Of a stretch of 64,000 nt of DNA, positions 35,584 to 47,184 are shown in pieces. The notes under the pieces were generated by a model. That model was not told the origin of the DNA, searched no databases, and saw nothing but the letters and a program-made list of their open reading frames with translations. The stretch lies in contig OX337231.1 in assembly GCA_946965045.2 (NCBI GenBank), positions 3,410,001-3,474,000 on the forward strand, given 5' to 3'. The position numbers and the translations under genes are program-made. Each line of letters opens with the position of its first letter. Within the stretch, counting starts at the first letter, position 1. The stretch is from Epithemia pelagica (taxonomy: Eukaryota > Protista > Bacillariophyta).

Positions 35584-37866
35584 CTCCTCCTCAACTGTTT
35601 GGTAGAAGTTGTGGGGGTGACAGCGCGTCGTTCGGTTTAGCTTTGCCTTGTTTTCAAGTGATGAAGCAACCGCCACAGAATGCTGAATGCCAATGGATGG
35701 TCCTCTCTCTTTTTCTCTCTCTCAACAATTGGTTCGCGGAAAACGAGCAATCGTTGCTTTGGCCGTTCGAGGAACTCTGTCACTGCCTTCTGGTCGTGGC
35801 CTTTTTCTCTGCTCTCACAATCACAACAACAACTCTCTCCACTCTGTGAGTGTTTTCCAGAGTCCCACACTTCGTTTGAAGGAACGGCACCAGAAGAGCA
35901 AGAGCTCTCTCTCTGCGGTGAAAGCTGTCTCATTGAATGAGAAGGGCCCATCGCCAGAATAGGTGCTCGGGTGCGCCTGCACATGGTACTCCTTAGAAGA
36001 TCAATGGCAATTTTTCAATAGACGTATAGATAATGTCTCTGTTTCGGACAACTCGAGTGTAAATCCGACGGGCGTTCCAGCGTGCCGTCGCGCCGGCTCT
36101 CACACGTTGGGCTTGTCGCAACAAATTTGCATTCTCCCCCACGCACCCCTTTCGTTGGGACTGTTTCTCCCCCAAGCCCCAGGTGACGTGGAACCGAACA
36201 AAGGCACGTACGATGACACACAACAAGCAACAAGACGCTGCTGCTCCACGACAATTCTACGATCTACCATGATTCATGATTCATGATGGCTACACCTCTA
36301 TTCTTGACGTAGACAACATTGGGAAAACTACCGTAAAAATCACATCTATTGCACCATCCGTTGAAATTTTCAGGCTCGCGTTCTATATGCACAATGTGTA
36401 CCACCCACCGGATTGGTGGTTAATTTTCCGAATCAATTATAGATTATTTCCGAATTATTTTTGAATGTATAACATCATAAGTATTTCTAATTGAACAATC
36501 TTGAGAAGCTCATTCGAAAGAGCTCGTCAGGCGCTTTCCAAATCACTGCGGTTCGTGAAAATCGGACTTACCCTTCCCATAATATCGACGATTGAAAATT
36601 CGTCAGTGTTCGTGCGAAAGATAAGGATTTTTTGCCATGGCTTCTCCCCCCACCCTCTCCACCACGATGGCAATGCTCCGTGGTGGAGGGAGTGGGGCTC
36701 TGTTGGAGGGAGAGGCACGCGATTTTTGGGTAGGGCGCGCTCATTCTACAGGTAAATCGTGCGTTTTCTGCACCAATACGATGGTGCAATAGATGTGATT
36801 TTTACGGTACGAACGAGAGATGACATTGAAAATGACCACCGACCACGACTTCCACGAGGTCGAAGGATACCTCTCAACTTTCAACTCTACGATCTCCAAC
36901 CTCTACCAAGTCCACTTGTAGCAGTAGGAATCAGTGGACGGGTTTCTTGTAGCTATCCCATTCGAGAGATGGAGCTACTCCTACGTCACAGCTAGACAGG
37001 CATCTATCCCCTACCATAGAAGCAATCGCTGGTTCAATAACAAGCACAACAACGCGGTTGTCTGTAGCAGGGAGAATGAAATCATGCGGATCGAGACGGC
37101 GAATGATGTGGATGACCCTTCTGGATCAACGAGCTGGGGACGACGGGGACGCATCATGCCAGTACTTAGTAGGTAGGACAACTGTGTAGCTTTTCATACT
37201 CCTCTCTCACACCATTCTTCCAATGGAACAAATCTATACGATACCTACTTCCAACTTCCAACACAAATGTTGATCATTGTCCAACCTTTTGTCTTTTCTT
37301 GTCTAGAGTATGTCGAACAACTGTCATTTTCCTCGTTGTTGGTAGTTCGTACGAAAGGTAGTTCGTTCGTATGTGATCCGATGACACGTGCAAACACGCT
37401 CCTCACTAGACTGCACGCAACATCTATGCGATGATGGCTTCATTCGTTCGCATCTCATTCATGTTGGCATACAACCATTCGATGTCGATCTCATGTCATA
37501 CAGTGTTTTGTTCGTGTGTGGAGGAGAAGGGCAAGCATACAATAAGGCCACATCAGCTTGTCAGAAAGTCTACTCGTAACTTGGCTCCGAACTATTAGGG
37601 GCACGAATTGTTGGGTACCCGGAGATTGCGCTTGCTAGAAAGTTCTAATCATCCGTTCGCCAAATGGAAGTACAGTTGTATAGGCCTAAAGAGTACTCTA
37701 ACAATTAGATCACGGATTTCTTCGAAGGGTGGGCATAACTCCCAAAAAGCGATCTTCCCCATCCAGATCCAGCAGTTGTTGGTGGCAAGTCGCTCTTCGT
37801 CCGTCACTTGGTGTTTCGTGCTCAGAATTTGGAATTCGCCTTGGCGGCGCGAGAGAGAGAGACACC

Positions 37867-38790
37867 ATGGCGACCATGATCAACAACCCTTACAACCCTG
37901 GTCCGCCCTCGGTGGCAGCCTATTCCCAAAGCACAACCACAGCCGCTCCTCCACCGTCATCCATTAGTTTTCATGCCGCACCAGCGCCCATGCTGGGACC
38001 GGATGGAGAAGTCGTATTGGATTCCTACAGCACGACTGGCAGTGTCAGCGCGTACACTTACTCCGGAGGAGCTCCTCCACCTCCTGCCACGAATTCATTT
38101 CCCCCATCCACTCCCCATTCGTCGACGACGACACCCTACAACAACAACTACAACTATGGAGCGATGAATGACAGTGCCTCGGTGAACATGGCATACCAGT
38201 CTCCTCCTCCTCCTTCGACCACGACACCGCCGAGAGCCAGTTTCCAAGCAGCTCCACCACCACCGGCTGCCTTTCAAAATAGCAATTACGGATACGATGC
38301 CAGTGCTTCCGTAAGTAGTGCCGCGTACCCAGCCGCTGCCTATCCTCCGTCGTCGCCCGCGACTCCCTCCATGAGTGTGACCAGTGCTCCAGCTGTTACC
38401 TCCACGGATCTTGTCGTCGCAGAGGACACGAGGTTGGTTCCAGCCGAACCAACCCAAGACGCGACGGCGGGCGGCACGACAGATATTGTGCCCCGGCGGA
38501 CTCAGTCCATGGTAGGACCACACCAGACCTACCCGGCGGAAGTTTTGAAGATGAAGGTCCAACGGAGGCGCATGACATTTGCGGCCGGTGTCACGGGCGG
38601 TTTGGTTGGATTGGTAGCACTGGGGCCCTTGGGAGCCGTAGTGGGTGCAACGGGCGGGGCCGTTGCCACCCGACAATTGGGAAAGCGGAGAGAACGGAAA
38701 CAACGAGAGAAAATTGCCGACCGAAAGATTGCCGAGGAAGCACGTGGTGCCCCTGAAGTTCTCGTTCATCAAGGCTCGGGAGTTCTCTAA
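37867..38790 (+). CDS. Pro/Ser/Tyr-rich protein with C-terminal glycine-zipper membrane segment (paralog 1)
   Basis: ORF 37729..38790, ATG at 37867. C-terminus reads EVLKMKVQRRRMTFAAGVTGGLVGLVALGPLGAVVGATGGAVATRQLGKRRERK. Confidence 0.8.
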   Translation: MATMINNPYNPGPPSVAAYSQSTTTAAPPPSSISFHAAPAPMLGPDGEVVLDSYSTTGSVSAYTYSGGAPPPPATNSFPPSTPHSSTTTPYNNNYNYGAMNDSASVNMAYQSPPPPSTTTPPRASFQAAPPPPAAFQNSNYGYDASASVSSAAYPAAAYPPSSPATPSMSVTSAPAVTSTDLVVAEDTRLVPAEPTQDATAGGTTDIVPRRTQSMVGPHQTYPAEVLKMKVQRRRMTFAAGVTGGLVGLVALGPLGAVVGATGGAVATRQLGKRRERKQREKIADRKIAEEARGAPEVLVHQGSGVL

Positions 38791-39865
38791 TGGACACGTG
38801 TCCCCCCTGAAAAAGACAAAATATTGGTTGACAATGGCGATGAATTGGTCAATTGTTTCTGTGGATAGTGAAAAAGGCAATGTGATCAAGAGAGCTGAAA
38901 CCATATTTTTATATGTACAATCGCAGCAACCATATCTTCAACGATGGAACGCTTACCAGAATAAAATGCTACATAAAAATGAATTCCAAAACCTTTCCGA
39001 GAAAATAAACCTTTTTCGATAGATCCAATCCAATCCAATTCATGGCGACGAGCAATGAGTTAATGATTCCTCCGAGTTTCTCCCGTCTGCGTGACATTCT
39101 CTCAATGTTCGCCGACCTGAGTAGCACAACATAGTTGTTTTGAAGATCCTATCAATGAAATCCGGAAAGATTCACATGTCTGATTGTCTTCTGGGAAGAT
39201 TTTCGATATCAAGAACAGAACAACCCTTACGGCTTGATAGGAGAGCATGACAACTTTCTGGGATCTGGGATCACAACAAAAGATTTTGAAGTGATAGCAA
39301 AGGTAGTGCCATGATTGCCCAGTCGCATGTCGCATCCACTCCGAGTGCGAAACAGCCGTTATCGTGTGACAATGGCGCGCTCTGGGCAATAGTAAAAGTC
39401 GCTCGTATCTCGTTCGGAGTTGCTCGTGTTTCACAGGTTCTGGTTCTCACGCCGGATGAAAACCGACCGGCATCCGTGACTGTGACCGAAGGCGTGACGA
39501 AATTTGTGGGCATCCTCGCGCCAAACATCGTGAAGCCGAAAAAGACATCTCAGAATTTTCCGACAAATTCATGGGGGAATATCGGAATCATGAAATTTGG
39601 GTCGAGGGCAATTGTGGCACTGGCCACTATTGGCTAATGAGTGAACTTTTCAGCTCGTTTTCGGCGTGTGGGATTGGGTAGGCGGGCGCGAAACTAGTTG
39701 GAGTTTAGCAGGGCAGTTATCAAGATATCATTTTTCCTGGCGCGCTTTCTCCCACGCTGTCTGCAGCCCAGTTTGCAACTTTTTGCAATAGATTCCTCTT
39801 CTGCGCACAATTCCGATCAGCATCAAAACAAAAACCGATCACAAGAACAACAAGACAAGATCATC

Positions 39866-40474
39866 ATGACAGGATACAATTCATACTACCACGAAGACAA
39901 CAACATGAACTTTGCTTCCCCTTCTTCCTACGACAATGGCCGACGACACACTGTAACCTCGTTTTCGCCTGCCCCTCCCCAAATGAGCCACGATGGAGAA
40001 ATTCTTGTTCTTTCGGACTCTTCCCTTCCTTCATCACCCCTCTCAAGCAAGTCCACATACCCTTCCGCAGACCTTTCGGCTGCTTCTACTGATGTCAGCA
40101 TGCCGTCTTACTCAGGATCGGATGATGGATACCATGGATACAACCCCAAGCCGGGATACGAAGGGGCACTTGTTGTACGAGAAGAAGAACCAGTCGGCCT
40201 CAAGAACCCTTCCACTCTTCCCCGTGAAGTACTCAAGATGAAGAAGAACCGAAGACGCCACACCGTCGCTGCAGGAATTGCTGGCGGCGTAGTCGGCTTG
40301 GTAGCACTTGGACCCGTTGGAGCTGTATTTGGCGGCGTTGGTAGCGCAGTGGCAACCAAGCAAATTGGCAAGCGCCGTGAAAAGAGAAAGATGCAAAAGC
40401 TTGCTGACAGGGAGATCGCTCGTCAACACTCGAATGCACCTGACGTTGAAGTATACTCGGGTGAATTCTTGTAA
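39866..40474 (+). CDS. Ser/Tyr-rich protein with C-terminal glycine-zipper membrane segment (paralog 2)
   Basis: ORF 39698..40474, ATG at 39866. C-terminus reads EVLKMKKNRRRHTVAAGIAGGVVGLVALGPVGAVFGGVGSAVATKQIGKRREKRK. Confidence 0.8.
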   Translation: MTGYNSYYHEDNNMNFASPSSYDNGRRHTVTSFSPAPPQMSHDGEILVLSDSSLPSSPLSSKSTYPSADLSAASTDVSMPSYSGSDDGYHGYNPKPGYEGALVVREEEPVGLKNPSTLPREVLKMKKNRRRHTVAAGIAGGVVGLVALGPVGAVFGGVGSAVATKQIGKRREKRKMQKLADREIARQHSNAPDVEVYSGEFL

Positions 40475-41188
40475 ACTTTGATTTTCTCTGTGGCCATGAG
40501 ATGCTGGTCGCTTTACATCGAAACTTGTTTTATTCCATAATGTCATACAAAAAGTTGATTTACCTTAGAGATGCCGAATAACTTTATAGTCATTTCTACT
40601 TGATAAATTAGCGTCTCGACAAGCATTACCGACTAATGCATACTCCTACACACAACACATTATATATGGGCAAATCATTCTTTTGATTCCTCTCAGAAAC
40701 TTGTACTCCCAGTATGAGTGGATCTCAAGTATTGCGATATTCGTTACGTTTAGCAAGTTGCTAGATTGTCCGCCCACAACAGACCCTATATGGCATGTTT
40801 GATGTTCCTTCTTGCGTCGGTGTTTGGTCATGTGTTTATGTCGTCATAAGCGCTTGTTTGGTAGACTTCCCTTATTTTGTTGAGGTTTGGAATCCCCCGG
40901 TTACCAAGCGAAGCTACATTCGATTGACTTTTGCAGGAGACGTTTGACCCATTATAATTATTTCGAGTCATTGGGGCCAAAGGTCACTCGCTAGTCGCAT
41001 AATTATTCTATTTGGGAAGTGTGAAATGCAAAACCTCACTAGAAGTAGGATTAGATGAGAACAAAGACTATTGTCACATAGGTGTAGCAAACATTGACAC
41101 AACGCAAGAAAGCTTGACAGATATGAGCAAAACACAACCAAAAAGGAGCATGAGCCCACATAAAAAACTACAAAGTAGGTAAGCTGCT

Positions 41189-42580
41189 TTACAAACTTCC
41201 AAGGTCCAACAAAGAGAACTCAGAAGAGATGTCGCTGAGAGCAGGGTCGGCCACTTCCTCAATTTCTGCGTCAAAAGAAGAATCCTCGTCCATGTTAGTT
41301 CTCTCGAGCGCCGCTTGTGTCAGCCTGGAGGGAGCATCTCGCATTTGGCCGAAGTCTGCATGGTCATTAGACATGTTCGTAGCACCTCCTGCTGTCTCAA
41401 ATTGCATATTATCCGCACTCCCAACACTGGTTGGTCCCTCTTCGGAGTGATACGCCAAGTCTGTTTCTTCAAAACTGGCGGAAATGCGTGTATCCTCGTA
41501 GCTAATTACATCTTCTTCCAAATTCAACGGCACTTCTGTTGCTGTTTCATAATTTACATCAGGATCTTCAAGCCTCGTGACTTCAGCTGGGCTGTGATAT
41601 TCCACACCGGGGATTGACATCCATGCGGGAAATTGATCAAGACTCTCCACAGCTTCATCCGCCTGAAAGTTCAGTTTCGCCTGTTCACTGCTGGATGGGC
41701 CTTCGACTTCCTCGTCATTCAGACTGGCCTCCATAAGGCTACTACGAACTTCATCATAATCAAAATCGGAATTCTCGGGGCTCGCCCTATCCGCTTCGGC
41801 TTCGAGGTAATCCGTCCTATCTGATCTATGCGAAACCACTGGTTCGGTGTCGTCGGTTCGGTTCGATCGAATAGAAGAAGGTTCGGGATCACGATACTGA
41901 GTAAAAGACCTAGAGTTGCGCGACTCGTTTGAGCGATTTCCAGAAAACATCCCCAAGGTGAAGTCCATAGGTCCCTTCTGGCCTTCACAAATCCTTCTTC
42001 TGTGACGCAATGCCTGTGACAAGACAGAAGGATTAATATGAGCGTCTGGTCTCTCCCTATCTCAACGTAAAAGGCGATATCGTATACTTACATGAGCAAC
42101 CTTTTCGCGCGCTTCTTTATCGGAGACCCTTCTTCTGTGACGCAATGCCTGTGACAAGACAGAAGGATTAATATGAGCGTCTGGTCTCTCCCTATCTCAA
42201 CGTAAAAGGCGATATCGTATACTTACATGAGCAACCTTTTCGCGCGCTTCTTTATCGGAGACCTCGCATACTACTCCATCTCGCGTTTCCTTCAGGAATC
42301 GTCCGCCATTTTGTTTTACAGCATTTACAATGCTGTTAGAGATCTGTGTCTTCTCTTGTTTCTTTTTCGCTGCAGTGTATGCGGGAAGAGAGTAGCAAAT
42401 AATCTGCTGGTAACGGATGTTGCCCTGCCACTCGTAGGCACCCTTCCCCCGGCCAAGCAAAACGTCCGCTGGACCTGCAACCACTTCAGACTTTGATTCT
42501 TTCCTCCATTTCTTAACTTCGGCCGACTTTTCTTGGCCTTTCGGTGTACCACCACCTCGTTTTCTCAGCAGCGGAGCCAT
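41189..42580 (-). CDS. DUF6824-like diatom protein (paralog 1), three exons after a tandem duplication
   Basis: Exons 42580-42227, 42148-42092 and 42013-41189; two identical 78-nt introns GTAAGT...TCACAG. Domain DVLLGRGKG...GNIRY...KTQISNSIVNAVKQNGGRFL...AREKVAH-ALR, with an acidic tail. Confidence 0.8.
41993..42263. repeat. Perfect 135-bp tandem duplication spanning an intron and flanking exon sequence
   Basis: 41994-42128 is identical to 42129-42263, with 1 bp of microhomology at the junction. Confidence 0.97.
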
Positions 42581-43584
42581 TTTGAAGAGTGTTTTTACGC
42601 CCACACAAAAACGAAGAGTCAAGATTATGGTAATAAAAGTTGTACCGTGTAGCAGCACGCAGCACCGCAGGCGGTGGACAAGGAGATTATGGAAACGCTA
42701 ACAAAATGATATACACTGGTTTTGTACTTTTCAGTGACCTTTGCCGGAATCGCCTGGTGCCAGATTGTGCATAGAATTGGTTTGCCATGTACAGTGACCT
42801 GTATTTCGGTTCTCCCATTCCTCATATGTATGCACTGTTTTGCATGGAGAAGCCTACAACTCAGCGATTCAATGTGGATGCCATATCAGAAGATTTTATT
42901 GATAAAAGATGAGTGAAGCGCTTAGAAAACGGAAAGACGACATACATTTTCCATGACCACAGATATGCTGCCTTGCACACATGGATAGCATCTCCAAACT
43001 CCAAACCGAACTACGTGTACTTCCACTTATTAACAATTTTCTCTGGGCCTAACCCTTAACTTTTTGTCGTCCTCTCCCCTCACATATACGAGTAATGGAT
43101 GCCTACTGCCTACCGAACTCACTTTGCTCACATATACACATACACATAACCTCCTGGGCAGTGGGCATAGGCTATGGACTATGGAGCTATGGCCTATTTG
43201 TGTATTTCGTTGTAGATCGTGAATGGCTGTGGCCATTGGCCATACGAGATCTCCCTACGTCTATTCGTACTCTGTTTTCAAAACTCTCAGATCTCGAATC
43301 TTCTCCAAGAGTGCTCTTACCTACCTAGCTAGCTGATCCGACCATAGATTACGGAGAATTGGGCAACACTCAACACTCCACAAACAAGAATCGGAAGCAA
43401 ACTGTGTCAGGCCGAGTCAAACTAACAACACCGTAAGAACACGGTTACAAAATACAAAATACGACCTGCACCTATGCAAAAACAGAAGGCAACACGAAGT
43501 AGCTCTCTAGGGTTCGGTGACGTTTCTGACCAAGACAGGCCTAAAGTTTAAACTTGTCCATCTCGGCGCGTGATGTAAGTAACA

Positions 43585-44441
43585 TCAATCGTCATCAAAC
43601 ACCCTCCTCATATCAACCGACAAAGACCCAGGCTCCAATGATGAAAGCTTTGAAGACATACCACTAATGAGTGATCCTGCAAAAAGCTCCTTCAGATCAT
43701 TGTCATGATCTGGATCCTCCATATCCCGATCGAAGGGAAGACCCATCGCACATCCGGTTTTTTCATCTTTACTCTTGAGATCTTGCTCAACGTCCTCCAT
43801 TTCCATATCTTCAAGAGCCACCGTAATACCTTGGCTTCCTTCTTCCTCCATAAGGTCTGTTCGATTCGAGCTCATTGAAACATATGGCTCCGTAGCCGAG
43901 TCGTCGCTTCCAATGGACCGCATAGAAGAGGAGTGCGCTCTCATCGAACACATTTGTTGAGTAAACGATGCATTTGGAGACTTCATGGCCTTAACCAGCA
44001 GTCTGATTGCCTGTCGGTTTGCAAAGTTTGATTGAAGTTTAGTGTTTTCCGTCCATGATGCACATGTCCCTCATGAGTATCGATTCTACGCACCTGCGAA
44101 ACCTTTGCCCTTGCCTCCTTATCGTCGATCTCAACGAGCGTCCCGCTTCCTTTACTTTGCTCCCTGAGGAACTTTCCTCCGCGAGATTTCACTCGGTCGA
44201 CTATCCCTTGAGCAATCTGGGTTTTTTCCACCTTTTTGGCCTTATCATAATCATGAACTACATGGGACATCAGCACTCGGAACTTTATGTTTCCTTGTTT
44301 CTCGTAATACCCCTTTCCTCGGCCCAACAATACATCGTTAACACCAAGGTTAGCAAACTCCAAATAATTCCGCCCTCGGCTCCGTGTCTGCTGATCTCCA
44401 CCATGATTCCATTTCGAAAAGAACCGGGACATGTTGGTCAC
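43585..44441 (-). CDS. DUF6824-like diatom protein (paralog 2), two exons
   Basis: Exons 44441-44094 and 44010-43585 (83-nt intron GTGCGT...GACAG). Domain DVLLGRGKG...GNIKFR...KTQIAQGIVDRVKSRGGKFL...ARAKVSQ-AIR; the intron is at the same position as in paralog 1. Confidence 0.8.
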
Positions 44442-44867
44442 GAATGGAGTGAATGCGATATGCGATGCTTTAGTCCTGGCTTCAAGCCCTTCAATGAAAA
44501 TTATAATTTAGATATGTCGTCCAACGCTGTCTCTGGTTCTCAAAATCACCGATAACCAGCAGATAACCAACAAGTCAGAAGGTTGACAGATCTGTGAGAT
44601 GACAAGGACTTGCTTCTTGCACCAGACAGGACACAGGACATGCGGATTGTCTGCATGAGTGCGGATGCGGAAGTTATAGCGATGGTGATCTTTGTCGCTG
44701 TATCGAGGGATGGCTAGAGTGTCATCGAGTACCGAATAGTACTGGCTCTGATTCAGTTCTTTTCAATCCCATATGATACAACGCAGCGATCTTGAAAAAA
44801 AAGATTGATAACACGTGCACGTGCACTCAACGCGACGCTTTTTTCCCTCCTTTTGTCGTCGCACATA

Positions 44868-45656
44868 GAAATTGCCTTAAAAGCTGGTTCCGTCTCGGAC
44901 GAGAGGCTGCCAAGAGATTTGCCAATGACCTGTCGAGTCCGGACAAGAAGTCAGACAAAAGCCATAGCACAACCTATCCTAGTTAATCATTCCTTGAAGT
45001 AGATCGTGTTCCCATTCCATAGCTAAAACCCCGAATTTCGGTAATGGCTAATAGTACTCGTTTGTAGCTATCTAGTCATTAGAGAGCCGAGTTGACCTGT
45101 CAAACAGGATATTGCAAGCAGGCATGGCAACTTGAAAACCGTTCAACGGAAAGACCAAATTCCGAGATCTGGCCCGAATTCCGAGATCTGGCCCGAATTC
45201 CGAGATCTGGCCCGAATTCCGAGATCGACCCGAATTCCGAGATCGACCCGAATTCCGACAAAAGTATTCTTTATTATAGAGTAAAAACCCGAATTCCGAG
45301 ATCTGGCCCGAATTCCGAGATCGACCCGAATTCCGAGATCTGGCCCGAATTCCGAGATCGACCCGAATTCCGAGATCGGGACCAGATTTCCGACATCAGG
45401 ACCAAAATTAATTAAAGACACGTGCCATCCAACTGACCGGCGCACTTTCTTACGCCTAATCGGTTGTAGATATACGCTGAGACCTGAATTCTGTCCTACG
45501 AGAACACGTTGCCTCCCCGAAATCTTGGATGATGTTTGGACGAACGACCTAGCCTTTTGGGACATTGACGCGACCTCTCTAGGACGAGAAAGGCTAGCTT
45601 GTTGATAATCTATCTGTAGTGCAATCCGAGACGGAACAAGCTTTTAAGGCAATTTC
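44868..45656. mobile_element. Non-autonomous (MITE-like) derivative of the Harbinger-like element, 789 bp
   Basis: Begins GAAATTGCCTTAAAAGCTGGTTCCGTCTCGGA and ends TCCGAGACGGAACAAGCTTTTAAGGCAATTTC, the same TIRs as 21957-25363 in opposite orientation. TSD ATA at 44865-44867 and 45657-45659. About 180 bp of each subterminal region is recognisably homologous; no coding capacity. Confidence 0.95.
45155..45380 (+). repeat. Second copy of the 18/19-bp tandem array, inside the MITE
   Basis: Same A and B units; order A'-A-A-B-B-partial, spacer, A-B-A-B-C; 11 core copies. Confidence 0.97.
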
Positions 45657-46121
45657 ATAGCTATGCCCCGATACCAGAACGGTGCTAACTACTGCTACTC
45701 GGAGCTCGGAGTAGCTCACAACATCACAACATCCTGTAAAGGAAGAAAGAGAAGCCACCCCTTCCAAGTTTTCGCACGTTCTCTATATACTTATCACGGT
45801 TCAATATATTCGAAAGAGGGTTTCGATTGATGGAATTAATGATCAAAGATGGCTCTATTCGCTCCACGTACCGATGGAGAAAAAAGTTGCAAAGCCGAAC
45901 CGCGATACCATTCTTGTTAATCCATAAGATTGTAGAATGAGAGTCATGGAAAAAGTCCTCTTGACCAACAACGATGGTTGGGTATACTGTTCCATCCCTT
46001 AGTGGAACCAGAAAATTGTTTGATTTTCCAAAGTGATTTACTCGTGACAACATCTCCTGTGCACGTCTCGAACCCATTGTCCTTGATGACTTCCACTGTG
46101 TTTGGATCATTGTATCATTTG

Positions 46122-46769
46122 CTACGATGACATGGCAGTAGATGATCCTGGTGCTGCTGGATCAATGGACATTGAAGTCGAGGAGGAGACGAGGTTCTCT
46201 GGTTCTTCTTGACGGGCGTCGTTATTTGTATCTGCTCGCGACAGTCCAGTTCCATAGAGGGTCGCATGTCGATGTTGCCAAGAAAGAAATTGTTGTTGAT
46301 GGCAAAAGTTGCGAAATTCTGGCAAAGTCCATTCTTTCGCTAACACGGCGGGTTGCTCAAGGAGCAGCTCAAGGAAATACAATGCATGTGGATAGGATAA
46401 GTAGCGACTGTAGGCCGGTTGAGACCATACGGAAAATAAGTACTTGAGGTAAGCCAAAAACTGAGGATCTTGGAACAACAAGCGATCACCTTCCTCTGTT
46501 TTGCTTGTGGCTAGAAAGTGCAAATAGGCTGGACTCGCCAACGATTGGACAAACTCCAATTCCAGTTCAAATCGATTACTTGGAAGTGGCTCGGCGACAG
46601 ACTCCGATGCATGAGTGTGGCTCCCATGGTTTGTTCCACCACCATTTAGCTGGGAACCGTCCTTTTCGGTCGTATCCTTCGTTGAGTCCATGGTCGATGA
46701 AGTGTTCGGGGTGTTGGGGCTTCTTGTGCGGCGCGGCGACTGACCATCAATGCGACTGTTACGCGACAA
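46122..46769 (-). CDS. MED31: Mediator complex subunit 31 (SOH1)
   Basis: RFELELEFVQSLASPAYLHFLA...QFLAYLKYL..VWSQPAYSRYLSYPHALYFLELL is the Med31 signature. Confidence 0.93.
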   Translation of the reverse strand: MSRNSRIDGQSPRRTRSPNTPNTSSTMDSTKDTTEKDGSQLNGGGTNHGSHTHASESVAEPLPSNRFELELEFVQSLASPAYLHFLATSKTEEGDRLLFQDPQFLAYLKYLFSVWSQPAYSRYLSYPHALYFLELLLEQPAVLAKEWTLPEFRNFCHQQQFLSWQHRHATLYGTGLSRADTNNDARQEEPENLVSSSTSMSIDPAAPGSSTAMSS

Positions 46770-47184
46770 ATCTCATCCTCTTGAATCTTGAGACGTGAGG
46801 GCCATGGGAGGGACAATGGCGGTGGCTCATGAACCGCTGGATCAATGATCGATAGCCCTGTCAACCAGTGTTCTACCTCCAATAGTAGAGAGACCAGGTA
46901 CTTGTCAATCACAAACTACTTATATAGCTATGCAATGACGATGGTCCTAGAATAGACCGGATGGCCATGGCTAAGGTACGTGTATCCCCGTCTAGCTCTC
47001 TTAGGCAGGTAATAGGTCATTGTTTATGCGTCTGACCAAATCGTTGCTACCCACTATAGATGTGACAACAGACCACCAAGCAGAACGTGGCTCTAGAGAT
47101 GATGATGATGAAAAGGAGGAGACATGATACACACAAACGTCGTTGTTCTAGAAAGAATCAGAGGAGAAAATGCTTTTTCTCTGT

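Noticed and set aside
45155-45380. Array as a cloning-linker artefact (GAATTC EcoRI and AGATCT BglII sites)
   Set aside because: It occurs at two loci inside homologous, diverged transposon sequence with different unit order.
45724-46110. 128-aa ORF downstream of MED31
   Set aside because: GTG start directly behind the MED31 stop (probable 3' UTR) and no recognisable motif; cannot be supported as a gene.
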